Assembly (NCBI GenBank): GCA_963676835.2
Contig: CAXXFF010000004.1
Location: forward strand, 517,377-581,376
Direction: 5' to 3'
DNA length: 64,000 nt
DNA from: Marispirochaeta sp.
Lineage (GTDB): Bacteria; Spirochaetota; Spirochaetia; JC444; Marispirochaetaceae
The position numbers were made by a program, and so were the translations under genes. Positions 10,965 to 21,053 of this stretch are shown here, one piece after another (positions within the stretch are counted from its first letter, which is position 1; each line of letters starts with the position of its first letter). The notes under the pieces are model-generated. The model made no database searches and was not told where the DNA came from. It was given only the letters and a program-made list of their open reading frames with translations.

Positions 10965-11930
10965 TTACTGCCCTTTACGGACAGAACTGATCCAGTCAGG
11001 AGGAGGAGCTTCAAACACTTCAGCAAAAGAACTCTGACTGTCCGGAAGTACAAAGGATAGCCTGCTGCTCTGCAGAGCCTGATGGTCCAGAACAAGGGTT
11101 TGCAAGTCCCCTGGCGTCATTTTCCCTGAAGCAAAGCGAAGAAAAAGAGTCTCATCCCTTCCATAGATTTTATCTCCCACCATGGGAAAGCCCAGGGAGC
11201 AAAGGGTAGCCCGAATCTGGTGAGTTTTTCCGGTGTATAAGGTACAGCGAAGCAGGGAAAAACCAGCCCCCCCTTCGAGGCGGGAAAACCCGGTTCTACA
11301 GTAGCTCCTTGACCCTGCCCCGGCATCGCCGGGATCACGGGCATCGGAATCCTCAATATAGCGGCGCTTTTTACGGATTACACTGTCAGGGTCTTTTTCA
11401 AGCCATCCAGTGGCATCGAGACTCTCGGGAAAATCCCCATGAACCAGGGCCAGATACTCCTTTACTACCTGCCGGTTTTTAAGAATATCAAACATATAGG
11501 TTGCAGCTGCCTTATTCCTGGCGGCGACCATGAGCCCGGAGGTTTCCCGGTCCAGACGGTTTGCCAGGTATATCTCTCCGTAGCGCTCTTTCAGCATGGT
11601 TACCAGGGTGTTATGCAGATAAATACCGCCGGAATGACAGGGAAGATCGGGAGGCTTGTTAATTACCAGGATGTTTGGATCTTCATACACTATGGTGTAA
11701 TTTCTGTTAACCTCCGGCTCGGGTACCGGGGGAGGATCATAGCTGACCTGCATGCCCCGCTTAAGCAGGAGATCCGGCGGGACAAGCTCTCCATCCACAA
11801 GGATCCGTTTATCCCGGATCTCCTCCTCCCAGGCCTCCCTGCTGCGGTAGGTATAACGCCTGGAGAGCCAGAGAGAAAGGAATAGCCCCTCTTCCTGAGG
11901 GGCTATGGTCATATGACGTCGGTTACGCAT
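10965..11930 (-). CDS. RluA-family pseudouridine synthase with S4-like N-terminus
   Basis: VINKPPDLPCH, NRLDRETSG (catalytic Asp), TGKTHQIR, PMVGDKIYG. Confidence 0.92.
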   Translation of the reverse strand: MRNRRHMTIAPQEEGLFLSLWLSRRYTYRSREAWEEEIRDKRILVDGELVPPDLLLKRGMQVSYDPPPVPEPEVNRNYTIVYEDPNILVINKPPDLPCHSGGIYLHNTLVTMLKERYGEIYLANRLDRETSGLMVAARNKAAATYMFDILKNRQVVKEYLALVHGDFPESLDATGWLEKDPDSVIRKKRRYIEDSDARDPGDAGAGSRSYCRTGFSRLEGGAGFSLLRCTLYTGKTHQIRATLCSLGFPMVGDKIYGRDETLFLRFASGKMTPGDLQTLVLDHQALQSSRLSFVLPDSQSSFAEVFEAPPPDWISSVRKGQ

Positions 11931-11948
11931 GTTTTCTGTGACTTGAAA

Positions 11949-13376
11949 TCAGATTGTTTCAATCTTCAGCATATTTGTACTGGGGCTTTCGATAAGGGGA
12001 ATACCGGCAACATAGACCACCTTGTCTCCCCGGCTGACAAATCCCAGATCAAGAGCCTGCTTACGGGCCTTCTGAATAGTGGCGTCAGTTTCTCCTACAT
12101 TATCCATAAGAAGACCTTCCACTCCCCAGAGAATTGAAAGTGACCGGATAACATCCTCATTCTCGGCAAAAGCAAGGATAGGCATGGAAACCCGGTACTT
12201 TGAGAGCATCCGGGCAGTACGGCCCCGCTTGGTAATAACAATAATTGCTGCGGCTTCGGCCTCTTCCGCCATACGGCAGGCAGCATGACAGATACTTTCG
12301 GAATCTGTGAGGGAACCATGGTTTTTAAGATACCCCCCTTTACGAACCAGGGCAGGCTTGCCTTCCGCAGCGGAGACCACCTGATCCATTATCCGGACTG
12401 CATTTGCAGGCCCCACCCCAACGGAAGTTTCCGCAGAAAGCATTACCGCATCGGTGCCGTCAAATACAGCATTGGCCACATCACTGGCCTCCGCTCTGGT
12501 GGGCCTCGGATTGGTAATCATGGACTCAAGCATCTGGGTTGCTGTAATAACCGGAGTATTCGCCTGGTTGCACTTTTCGATGATCATCTTCTGCAGAATA
12601 GGCACTTCCTGGGTAGGCATCTCTACCCCCAGATCGCCCCGGGCAACCATTACAATGTCCGCCTCGGCAATAATGCCGTCCAGATCGGCAATGGCTTCAG
12701 GCTTTTCAATCTTGGCAATAATAGGCAGGGTTTTTCCCCGGTCTTTCATGAGCCAGCGGAGCTCCTTGATATCGTCCCGGTTGCGGACAAAGGAGAGGGC
12801 AACAAAATCTATGGGGTGAGAGATAATAAACTCCAGATCCTGCTTGTCCTTTTCAGAAATAGACGAAGCGCTCACCTTTACTCCGGGAAGGTTCAGTCCC
12901 TTACGGCTTTTAAGCACTCCGTCGTTCATTACTTTACAGCTTACCTTTACCTGATCGGTGGCGAGCACCTCCAGGCGGATAAGTCCGTCATCAATAAGAA
13001 TGGTATCGCCCGGGGTAACATCCTCGGCCAGTTTTTTATAAGCAGTGGGAACGCACTCACGGGTGCCTTTGCATTTTTCTGTAGTAATTATCAGCTCTTC
13101 CCCTTCGGCAACGGGGATTTCATTTTCCAGATCTCCCAGACGGATTTTCGGACCGCAGAGGTCGGCAAGAATTGCGATGGGCCTGCCGGTTCTTGCCGCC
13201 GCTTCTTTAACATTGGCTACAGCCTGTCCGTGAAATTCATAGTCTCCGTGGGAAAAATTCAGCCGGACTATATCCAGTCCTGCATGAATCATCTTTTCGA
13301 GCATAGCCGTCTCTATGGAGGCGGGTCCGACGGTTCCTATGATCTTAGTCTTGGTAAATATCTTATCTCTGTTCAT
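11949..13376 (-). CDS. pyk: Pyruvate kinase
   Basis: TKIIGTVGPAS, RLNFSHG, IIAKIE, MVARGDLGVE, TATQMLESM, PTRAEASDVANA, DAVMLSAET. Confidence 0.97.
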   Translation of the reverse strand: MNRDKIFTKTKIIGTVGPASIETAMLEKMIHAGLDIVRLNFSHGDYEFHGQAVANVKEAAARTGRPIAILADLCGPKIRLGDLENEIPVAEGEELIITTEKCKGTRECVPTAYKKLAEDVTPGDTILIDDGLIRLEVLATDQVKVSCKVMNDGVLKSRKGLNLPGVKVSASSISEKDKQDLEFIISHPIDFVALSFVRNRDDIKELRWLMKDRGKTLPIIAKIEKPEAIADLDGIIAEADIVMVARGDLGVEMPTQEVPILQKMIIEKCNQANTPVITATQMLESMITNPRPTRAEASDVANAVFDGTDAVMLSAETSVGVGPANAVRIMDQVVSAAEGKPALVRKGGYLKNHGSLTDSESICHAACRMAEEAEAAAIIVITKRGRTARMLSKYRVSMPILAFAENEDVIRSLSILWGVEGLLMDNVGETDATIQKARKQALDLGFVSRGDKVVYVAGIPLIESPSTNMLKIETI

Positions 13377-13481
13377 ATCTATAATGGTACAATTCCGTTG
13401 CCGCTATAGCAAGTAGATTGAAATTTATACATGGAGGATTAATCCCTTTTTAACCTTCTCTTTACAGGCTACACTGTAACC

Positions 13482-14165
13482 ATGACAGATAAGAGACAGC
13501 AAACCCGAACCTGGATTGAATCACATATTCCCCTGAAAGCAGAACTTCCAAAAGCAGAAGAGCGGATCAACAGCCTTACCCATGCAGCGGGCCTGCTGCT
13601 TGCTTTGGGAGGAACAGTCCCGCTTATACTGCGGGCACAGGAGGGCGGACTCCCCTGGATGACCTTCTCTGCCATGGCCTTCTCCCTCTCCATGATACTC
13701 CTCTATGGAGCCTCGGCGGTCTATCACATCCTGAACCACGGATTCAGCAAACGAATAGGACGGATATTTGACCATCTTGCTATCTACCTGCTCATTGCCG
13801 GAACCTATACTCCCATTGCCTTTCGAATCTGGGAACCTGAAGGCCCGGTGATTCTGGCTATTCTCTGGGCCCTGGTTGCTGCAGGAATCCTCCTGAAAAT
13901 TTTCTTCTGGCAAAGAATGCGGGCACTGCATACCGCAGTCTACCTGGCCATGGGATGGCTGATTGTATTTTTCTGGAAACCCGTAACCGAAAGAATCCCC
14001 GGGGAATTTCTTCCCTGGGCCCTTGCCGGGGGACTGTCATATACAATTGGTGTAGTTTTCTACGCCTGGAAAAAACTGCCCTGGTCCCACGCCATCTGGC
14101 ATCTTTTTGTACTGGCAGGATCCGTCGCTTTTTATCTGGGGATTTACCGGCATATTCTGGTCTGA
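13482..14165 (+). CDS. Hemolysin III / PAQR family membrane protein
   Basis: EERINSLTH, SAVYH, DHLAIYLLIAGTYTP, HAIWHLFVLAGS; 7 TM helices. Confidence 0.92.
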   Translation: MTDKRQQTRTWIESHIPLKAELPKAEERINSLTHAAGLLLALGGTVPLILRAQEGGLPWMTFSAMAFSLSMILLYGASAVYHILNHGFSKRIGRIFDHLAIYLLIAGTYTPIAFRIWEPEGPVILAILWALVAAGILLKIFFWQRMRALHTAVYLAMGWLIVFFWKPVTERIPGEFLPWALAGGLSYTIGVVFYAWKKLPWSHAIWHLFVLAGSVAFYLGIYRHILV

Positions 14166-14348
14166 TACCGTTGACACTTCTATCCCTTCTTACACTTCTT
14201 CTCCTCCCGCGAGTACGCGGAGTATTCAGGCAAAACCGGGTTTATGGTTATCTGAATAGAACCATTTCACGTTACACTTTCTCATGAAAGAGTTGAATTT
14301 ATGAATGCTGAGTAAGTTCCCGGATTTTACACAAAATATATTTAGAGT

Positions 14349-14405
14349 TTGACAAAATATACTTTACGATACTAAAGTAAAATAAGTAAAAATGTATTTT
14401 ACTTT
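14349..14405 (+). promoter_or_regulatory. Sigma70-like promoter and inverted-repeat operator upstream of the Fic gene
   Basis: TTGACA at 14349; perfect 11-bp inverted repeat AAAGTAAAATA (14374-14384) / TATTTTACTTT (14395-14405). Confidence 0.5.
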
Positions 14406-14416
14406 TGAGGGCATAA

Positions 14417-15553
14417 ATGGACATAAAAGATTTTGTTTCCGGGACTTTCAAAGCGGGATATCAATATAAGTACTTTCTCCCTGAAGCAATAAACCACGAA
14501 TGGATCTGGACTGATGCGACAATAAATTCTCTCCTAGAACGGGCATCACTCCGGCTGGGAGAACTTAATTCATTTTCCCGACTGGTTCCTGATACAGATA
14601 TGTTTATCATTATGCACGTATTCAAGGAAGCAGTAGTCTCAAGCAGAATAGAGGGAACACAAACAAATATTGAAGAAGCACTTACTGATGAAAAGGAAAT
14701 AGATCCGGAGAGAAGGAATGACTGGCTTGAGGTTCATAATTATGTGGAAGCCCTGAATAATGCTATCTCCGAGTTGCAGCGTCTTCCTCTTTCATGCCGT
14801 CTTATAAAAAATACTCATCGGATACTGCTTTCTCATGGCAGGGGTGACACAAAAACCCCTGGGGAGTTTCGTGTATCACAGAACTGGATAGGCGGTGCGA
14901 CTCTTGCTGATGCCGTGTTTATACCTCCCGGTCATGAAGAACTGCCGGATTTACTGTCTGATTTTGAAACATTTCTTAATAATTCTGAACTTTCCATCCC
15001 TCACCTGATCCGGATTGCTATTGCCCATTATCAGTTTGAAACAATACACCCATTTCTTGACGGTAACGGGAGGATCGGAAGATTACTTATAACCCTTTAT
15101 CTTGTCTCTTCAGGAATACTTCATCAACCGCTCCTTTATCTTTCAGATTTTTTTGAGAAAAACAAAACCCTCTATTATGAGAACCTGACTTTTGTGCGCA
15201 CAAAGAATGACCTTGTCCAATGGATCCGTTTCTTTCTGACCGGGGTGGCAGAAACAGCTGCCCGGTCCTGTGAAACCCTTCAGCACATACTGACACTGAA
15301 AGACCGAATAGAAAAAGAGACAATTGTCAGCATGGGGAAACGTTCGCCCCAGGGATTGGCGCTGTTTCAGAAGCTGTTTTCCAAACCAGTATTGACAGTA
15401 CGGGATGCCCGGGAAATGAGCGGATTGTCACTGAAAGCGGCAAATAATCTGGTACAGTTATTTGTTGAAAAAGGTATTTTGCATGAGGTCACAGGCTATA
15501 AGAGAAACCGTATTTTTATGTTTTCTGAATATATAAGGCTGTTCAGCGTTTGA
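14417..15553 (+). CDS. Fic family protein (Fic_N, Fic, C-terminal wHTH)
   Basis: Canonical HPFLDGNGRIGR motif; SSRIEG inhibitory-type motif; TGYKRNRIF tail. Confidence 0.92.
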   Translation: MDIKDFVSGTFKAGYQYKYFLPEAINHEWIWTDATINSLLERASLRLGELNSFSRLVPDTDMFIIMHVFKEAVVSSRIEGTQTNIEEALTDEKEIDPERRNDWLEVHNYVEALNNAISELQRLPLSCRLIKNTHRILLSHGRGDTKTPGEFRVSQNWIGGATLADAVFIPPGHEELPDLLSDFETFLNNSELSIPHLIRIAIAHYQFETIHPFLDGNGRIGRLLITLYLVSSGILHQPLLYLSDFFEKNKTLYYENLTFVRTKNDLVQWIRFFLTGVAETAARSCETLQHILTLKDRIEKETIVSMGKRSPQGLALFQKLFSKPVLTVRDAREMSGLSLKAANNLVQLFVEKGILHEVTGYKRNRIFMFSEYIRLFSV

Positions 15554-15653
15554 CAGTAAAAAGGAGATTCCTGATAGGGTTAGATTGTCTTTGTCTCCTG
15601 CTCAGCATGGAAAATTTCCTCTGCAACTATAATATTTCGTATATTTTAACCAC

Positions 15654-16142
15654 ATGAACTATTCACTTTTTATCGATCTTGACGGTGTTCTGGTTGATTT
15701 TGACCAGGGAGTGCTTCAAAGCACCGGGAAATATCCCGGGGAGCAGAGCCCGGGCCGGATGTGGTCAATTCTGGCCCGAACCGAGGACTTTTATAACATT
15801 CTCGACTGGACACAGGACGGCCGCAGCCTGTGGGATTATGTACAGAACTTCTCCCCGCGGATTCTTACCGGCCTGCCCCGGGGAAAATGGGCGGAACCCC
15901 AGAAACGAAACTGGTGCAGCCGGGAACTTGGGCCGGACGTTCCGGTAACCACCTGCATGTCCAGGGAAAAAGCCTTAAAAGCAAAAGAGCTCACTCCCGA
16001 AGGGCAGATACCGGTACTGGTTGACGACCGTATTCGCCTGAAAGAGGCCTGGGAAGAGATGGGAGGCATTTTTATCCATCATACCTCCGCCGTATCCAGT
16101 ATCGCTGCATTGAGGAACGTTGGCTTGGCCAATTTATCTTAA
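15654..16142 (+). CDS. HAD-superfamily 5'(3')-nucleotidase-like protein
   Basis: FIDLDGVLVDF motif I, ILTG, LVDDR motif IV, GGIFIHH. Confidence 0.8.
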   Translation: MNYSLFIDLDGVLVDFDQGVLQSTGKYPGEQSPGRMWSILARTEDFYNILDWTQDGRSLWDYVQNFSPRILTGLPRGKWAEPQKRNWCSRELGPDVPVTTCMSREKALKAKELTPEGQIPVLVDDRIRLKEAWEEMGGIFIHHTSAVSSIAALRNVGLANLS

Positions 16143-16207
16143 TTTTCTCTATTATTGTATGTTTTTTCTTGTCAAAACACTTGTAATAGATAAAAAAGTA
16201 CTGTAAT

Positions 16208-16325
16208 ATGCACCCATTGTCAGAGAGCTTGCCGGACCAGTTGATCATCAGAAGGCAAGCAGCCGGGGTGCATTCTTATACTTCTAAGCCTGACAAAGCA
16301 CCTCGTTCCGGCGGGCTCTATGACA
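16208..16325 (+). ncRNA. Candidate structured RNA or 5' leader upstream of zwf (family not recognised)
   Basis: 19-bp stem 16218-16236 with 16307-16325 (one mismatch, two G-U), inner stem CGGGGTGC/GCACCTCG, and alternative pairings ATGCACCC/GGGTGCAT and GCTTGCC/GGCAAGC. Confidence 0.35.
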
Positions 16326-16417
16326 TACTTTCCTTAATCTTCCTCACAAACTCCCTTGCCAAGAACAGCTAAACTGCCTATTTTAGTCTCTGTAGATTCT
16401 CAAAACAGGGAGTATCC

Positions 16418-17749
16418 ATGGCTGTAACCAATACTGCAATTCTTATACTCGGGGCGTCCGGAGACCTTGCCAAGCGCAAACTTATCCCCGCCCTTGAACG
16501 TCTGTACAGCAAAGAAGAGATAGACAACAGCTGCAGGATTATAGGCTCCGGCCGGACGGCCTTTACTGACGAAGAGTTCCGAAATCATTTTGAAATTCCT
16601 GAAGACTTCGCGGGGATGCTCCATTACCATCAGGGACTGGCTGGAATTCGGGACTACGTATACAGCCTGAAGCAGTTTGACCGGGTAATTATCTTCTTCT
16701 CCCTGCCCCCCAGAGTATACGGCAGTACAGCGGCAGAACTGAGTGTCGAAGGATTCGGCAAAGAGACTACCCTGATTATAGAAAAGCCCTTCGGCTACGA
16801 TGCAGAAAGTGCCCGGGTACTGAACAGAGAACTCCAGAGCTACTTTGATGAACTGCAGATTTTCCGGATCGACCATTACCTTGCCAAGGAAGCGGTACAG
16901 AACATTCTGGTATTCCGCTTTGCAAATGCCCTTTTTCACCCCTTGTGGAACTCAAAATACATCGAGTCAATTCAGATAAATGCCCTGGAAGATATCGGCG
17001 TGGAAGACCGGGGAGCCTATTTCGATGGTGCCGGCATAATCCGGGATATGATTCAGAATCATCTTATGCAGCTTCTCTGCCTGCTTACTATGGAAGCCCC
17101 GGTAACTCTGGAAGCTGAGGAAATCCGTAACCAGAAAATGCAGGTACTGAAGGCCCTGGAGGTAAAACGCTGGGCAAAAATGCAGTACCAGGGCTACCAC
17201 GACGAAAAAGGTGTGCCGGCGGGCTCCAAAACAGAAACCTATGCTGAAATAGAACTGACCATCAACAACTTCCGCTGGACGGGGATTCCCATCTATGTCC
17301 GTACAGGAAAAGCCGTCGGCCGAAAAGGGACCGAAATAGGCATCCGCTTTAAACAGGGACCGAAACTGCTCTACAACAGCGACGGCGGGGTTCCTCCCAA
17401 CCAGATTATCTTCAATATTCAGCCCGACGCGGGGATTCTCATGGACTTTATGACCAAGGAACCGGGAGCTGACGGCAAGCTCAGCTCCACCAGTATGACC
17501 TTCTGCTACTCCGACAGCTTCCGCGATGCGGACATACCCGAAGCCTACCAGAAACTGCTTTTAGATGCCCTGAAGGGCGACCGAACCCTCTTTGTCAGCG
17601 CGAAGGAGACGGAACTCTCCTGGGAGAAGTTTGCTGAGGCCCTGAAAGAGGAGATGCCCGGAAGTTATCAGCCGGGGCAGCTGCCTGAATCAGCCCTGGG
17701 CATCGACTGGATAGAGTTTGAGAACTACGGGTCTGCCTGCAGATACTAG
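16418..17749 (+). CDS. zwf: Glucose-6-phosphate 1-dehydrogenase
   Basis: GASGDLAKRKLIPAL, IIEKPFG, FRIDHYLAKE, RDMIQNHLMQ, RWTGIPIYVRTGK. Confidence 0.95.
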   Translation: MAVTNTAILILGASGDLAKRKLIPALERLYSKEEIDNSCRIIGSGRTAFTDEEFRNHFEIPEDFAGMLHYHQGLAGIRDYVYSLKQFDRVIIFFSLPPRVYGSTAAELSVEGFGKETTLIIEKPFGYDAESARVLNRELQSYFDELQIFRIDHYLAKEAVQNILVFRFANALFHPLWNSKYIESIQINALEDIGVEDRGAYFDGAGIIRDMIQNHLMQLLCLLTMEAPVTLEAEEIRNQKMQVLKALEVKRWAKMQYQGYHDEKGVPAGSKTETYAEIELTINNFRWTGIPIYVRTGKAVGRKGTEIGIRFKQGPKLLYNSDGGVPPNQIIFNIQPDAGILMDFMTKEPGADGKLSSTSMTFCYSDSFRDADIPEAYQKLLLDALKGDRTLFVSAKETELSWEKFAEALKEEMPGSYQPGQLPESALGIDWIEFENYGSACRY

Positions 17750-17899
17750 GATTTTCTCCATTTTAAAGCCAATTACCGCCAAGCTCTGCCCCTGTTATTT
17801 TTTCGAACATTCATCTATTATTGATTTCTGCTATAGAATTCTGCAATATATAGCATTCAATAATAGACACCGTTTTACAGGGAAGGAGTTTACAGGTCC

Positions 17900-20533
17900 A
17901 TGTCTGAAACCGCACAGAACCTTACAGTACAGGGAAAAGAGTACCGTATTTTTAATGTATCAAAGCTGAATATCCCCGGGGGAATCAAATCTCTCCCCTA
18001 CTCAATAAGAATCCTGCTGGAAAACGTACTGCGGAAAAGCAGCCTCGGCCAGGCAGCGGAAGCTGATATTCAGAAGGTACTGGCATATGCCGAAAAACCG
18101 GGTCAGGATATATCCTACTACCCCGCCAGAGTTCTGATGCAGGACTTTACCGGAGTAGCCGCGGTTGTGGACCTTGCGGCCATGCGGAATGCCATGGTGG
18201 CAAAAGGCGGAGACCCCAAAAAAATCAATCCCCTTATTCCGGTGGACCTGATTATCGACCACTCGGTACAGATCGACTACTGGCAGGGTGGAGATTCTCT
18301 GGCAAAGAACGTCGACATGGAATACACCCGTAACACCGAACGCTACCGGCTCCTCAAATGGGCCTCGGAAAGCATGGATAACTTCCGGGTGGTTCCTCCC
18401 AATTCAGGAATCTGCCACCAGATAAACTTTGAAAACCTCGGACAGATTGTCCGGGAAAACAGCGAAGGCGGCATATCAACCCTGCTGCCTGATTCGGTAA
18501 TCGGCACCGACTCCCACACCACCATGATCGACGGACTGGGTATAATGGGCTGGGGTGTAGGCGGAATTGAAGCAGAAGCAGTTCTTCTGGGACAGGCCTA
18601 TGTAATGCCCGTTCCGGAAGTAATCGGTGTAAAGCTTACCGGCAGTCTTCCCGACGGCGTAACCGCCACCGATGCAGTACTGACCCTTACCCAGATGCTG
18701 CGGAAAGAGGGCGTTGTGGGCAAGTTCGTAGAGTACTTCGGCCCCGGCATGAGTGCCCTGCCCCTTCCCGACCGGGCAACCATTGCCAACATGAGCCCGG
18801 AGTACGGCGCCACCATGGGATTTTTCCCGGTGGATGATAAGACTATCGCCTATCTTAAAGAGACGGGCCGCGAAAAAGAGGCGGCCATCAGTGAAGCATA
18901 TCTGAAAGAGACGGGGATGTTCTTCTCAGCCGACTCAGAACCTGTCTACAACAAGGTCTTAAGCCTGGATCTTTCCACTGTTCAGCCCTCCCTTGCAGGC
19001 CCCTACCGGCCCCAGGACAGAATCAACCTGTCCGATGTTCCCGCAGCCTTTGCAGCGGAACTGGAAAAGGTGAGCCCCGAAACAAAAAGCGCCACCTTCC
19101 CCATGACCATAGACGGAGAAGAAGTACAGGTTCCCCACGGAGCCATTGCCATCGCCTCCATTACCAGCTGTACCAATACCTCCAATCCCTTTGTAATGAT
19201 CGGAGCAGGGCTGCTGGCCAAAAACGCCAGGGCAAAGGGGCTGAAGCCGCCCAAATGGGTAAAACCCTCGGTTGCTCCGGGCTCCCAGGTTGTACTGGAC
19301 TACCTTGACCGCGCGGGCCTCACAGATGAGCTTGAAGGCATCGGCTTTGCGGTTACCGCCCTGGGCTGCGCCACCTGTATTGGAAACTCAGGCCCTCTTC
19401 CCGACTACGTTACCGAAAGTATCGACAAGCACGGCCTTTTAACCGCTTCTGTAGGCTCGGGAAACCGTAACTTTGAAGCCAGGATTCACCAGAAGGTACG
19501 CTTCAACTACCTGATGAGCCCCATCTACGTTGTGGCCTATGCCCTGGCGGGCCGGATGAACCTGGACATGATCAATGAGCCCCTGGGCAAAGATTCCGCC
19601 GGCAACGATGTATTCCTGAAAGATATCCTGCCCTCTTCCGACGAGATTAATGCTGCAATGGCTAAAGCAGTTAAGTCCGAGGACTTCGTAAACCGCTACA
19701 GCAAGATCTACGACGGTGACGAGAAATGGCGGTCCTTGAAGGTAGACAAGAGCGAGCTCTTCCCCTGGGACCCGGATTCCACCTACATCCGCCAGCCGGA
19801 ATTCTTTGACGCACCCGAGGGCGACCCAAGCGTGCTGGAAGGCGCCCGGGCCCTTGGTGTCTTCGGGGATTCCATAACCACCGACCACATAAGCCCCGCC
19901 GGAACCATTGCAGCGGACTACCCTGCAGGCAAGTACCTGCTGGAGAAAGGGGTCAAGAAGAACGACTTCAACAGCTACGGCTCCCGCCGGGGGAACCACG
20001 AAGTAATGATGCGGGGAACCTTTGCCAATATCCGTATAAAAAATCAGCTGGTACCGGAAAAAACCGGCGGCTACACCCGCAGGACAGAAAGCGGCGAGGT
20101 TGAATACATATGGGATGCGGCGGAAAAATACATGGCCGAAAAAACACCCCTTATCGTACTGGCCGGCACCGAGTACGGTACCGGATCCTCCAGGGACTGG
20201 GCCGCAAAAGGCCCGCGCCTGCAGGGAGTACGGGCGGCAATTGCCATGAGCTTTGAGAGAATCCACCGGAGTAACCTGGTAGGCATGGGAATTGTACCGT
20301 TGAAATTTGCAGAAGGTGAGTCCGCAGAAAGTCTGGGACTGACCGGCTTTGAAACCTACTCCATCAAAGGCCTGGGAGATCTGCTGCCGGGGACCGTTGC
20401 GGAGGTAACAGCCACCGATGCTGACGGCAAGACAACCACCTTCAAGGCGGAGCTGATGGTTTATTCAGGAGTCGAGGCTGAGTTTATTAAAAGCGGCGGG
20501 GTGCTGCCCTATGTAATTGAGCAGCTGAAGTAG
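17900..20533 (+). CDS. acnA: Aconitate hydratase A
   Basis: LPYSIRILLEN, RVLMQDFTG, DSHTT, SCTNTSN, GCATCIGNSG, TTDHISPAG, YGTGSSRDWAAKG. Confidence 0.97.
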   Translation: MSETAQNLTVQGKEYRIFNVSKLNIPGGIKSLPYSIRILLENVLRKSSLGQAAEADIQKVLAYAEKPGQDISYYPARVLMQDFTGVAAVVDLAAMRNAMVAKGGDPKKINPLIPVDLIIDHSVQIDYWQGGDSLAKNVDMEYTRNTERYRLLKWASESMDNFRVVPPNSGICHQINFENLGQIVRENSEGGISTLLPDSVIGTDSHTTMIDGLGIMGWGVGGIEAEAVLLGQAYVMPVPEVIGVKLTGSLPDGVTATDAVLTLTQMLRKEGVVGKFVEYFGPGMSALPLPDRATIANMSPEYGATMGFFPVDDKTIAYLKETGREKEAAISEAYLKETGMFFSADSEPVYNKVLSLDLSTVQPSLAGPYRPQDRINLSDVPAAFAAELEKVSPETKSATFPMTIDGEEVQVPHGAIAIASITSCTNTSNPFVMIGAGLLAKNARAKGLKPPKWVKPSVAPGSQVVLDYLDRAGLTDELEGIGFAVTALGCATCIGNSGPLPDYVTESIDKHGLLTASVGSGNRNFEARIHQKVRFNYLMSPIYVVAYALAGRMNLDMINEPLGKDSAGNDVFLKDILPSSDEINAAMAKAVKSEDFVNRYSKIYDGDEKWRSLKVDKSELFPWDPDSTYIRQPEFFDAPEGDPSVLEGARALGVFGDSITTDHISPAGTIAADYPAGKYLLEKGVKKNDFNSYGSRRGNHEVMMRGTFANIRIKNQLVPEKTGGYTRRTESGEVEYIWDAAEKYMAEKTPLIVLAGTEYGTGSSRDWAAKGPRLQGVRAAIAMSFERIHRSNLVGMGIVPLKFAEGESAESLGLTGFETYSIKGLGDLLPGTVAEVTATDADGKTTTFKAELMVYSGVEAEFIKSGGVLPYVIEQLK

Positions 20534-20554
20534 GTTAATCTTAAATTACACGTT

Positions 20555-20583
20555 GCAGGCCGGGATTCCCGGCCTGTTTTTTT
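20555..20583 (+). terminator. Rho-independent terminator of acnA
   Basis: CAGGCCGGG-att-CCCGGCCTG followed by T7. Confidence 0.85.
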
Positions 20584-20587
20584 ATGT

Positions 20588-20776
20588 GGTGGTTTCGACA
20601 TTTCGACCGCTTCGGCTTCGCTCAGCACCAGTCCGCTCAGTGCGGGCATTTCGACGTTGCTCAATACGAGCTTCGCTCAATATGGTGATAATCTGCCTGA
20701 TAGGTGGTTTCGACTTCGCTCAACCACCGCATTAATAAAGTGTTATGCTGAGCTAAGAGGAAATGGTCGAAACCAC
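20588..20776. repeat. Nested REP-like element, copy 1, with an inverted terminal half-site
   Basis: GGTGGTTTCGAC...TTCGAC...GCTCAG...GGTGGTTTCGACTTCGCTCAACCACCGCAT (20588-20732) plus inverted GTCGAAACCAC at 20766-20776; near-identical to 23030-23157. Confidence 0.8.
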
Positions 20777-20852
20777 TATTTCCTAAACATATGTAACAGT
20801 GTAATGATCTACCAAAATGTTGTATTATAGAAGGAAATACCAAGGAGGACAC

Positions 20853-21053
20853 ATGCAGACACTAGTTGAGACCATGGTAAAGAAACTGGATCATATGTCT
20901 CCTGAACGACTTGCAGAAGTTGACGACTTTATTGATTTCCTCATTCAGAGGGACAGGGATACTCAATTATATAAAGATTTTGCTCAAGCCTCGGAATCAG
21001 TATTCGAAAAAGTTTGGGACAATGATGATGACGCCGTCTACGATTCATTATAG
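20853..21053 (+). CDS. DUF2281-like antitoxin
   Basis: GGAGG RBS; LAEVDDFIDFL and acidic FEKVWDNDDDAVYDSL tail; overlaps the toxin start. Confidence 0.75.
   Translation: MQTLVETMVKKLDHMSPERLAEVDDFIDFLIQRDRDTQLYKDFAQASESVFEKVWDNDDDAVYDSL

Noticed and set aside
16208..16325. SRP (4.5S) RNA
   Set aside because: Size and AAGCAGCC are suggestive, but the conserved CAGG...GNRA...AGCAG apical domain is missing and the motif is off-centre. Left as an unknown structured element.
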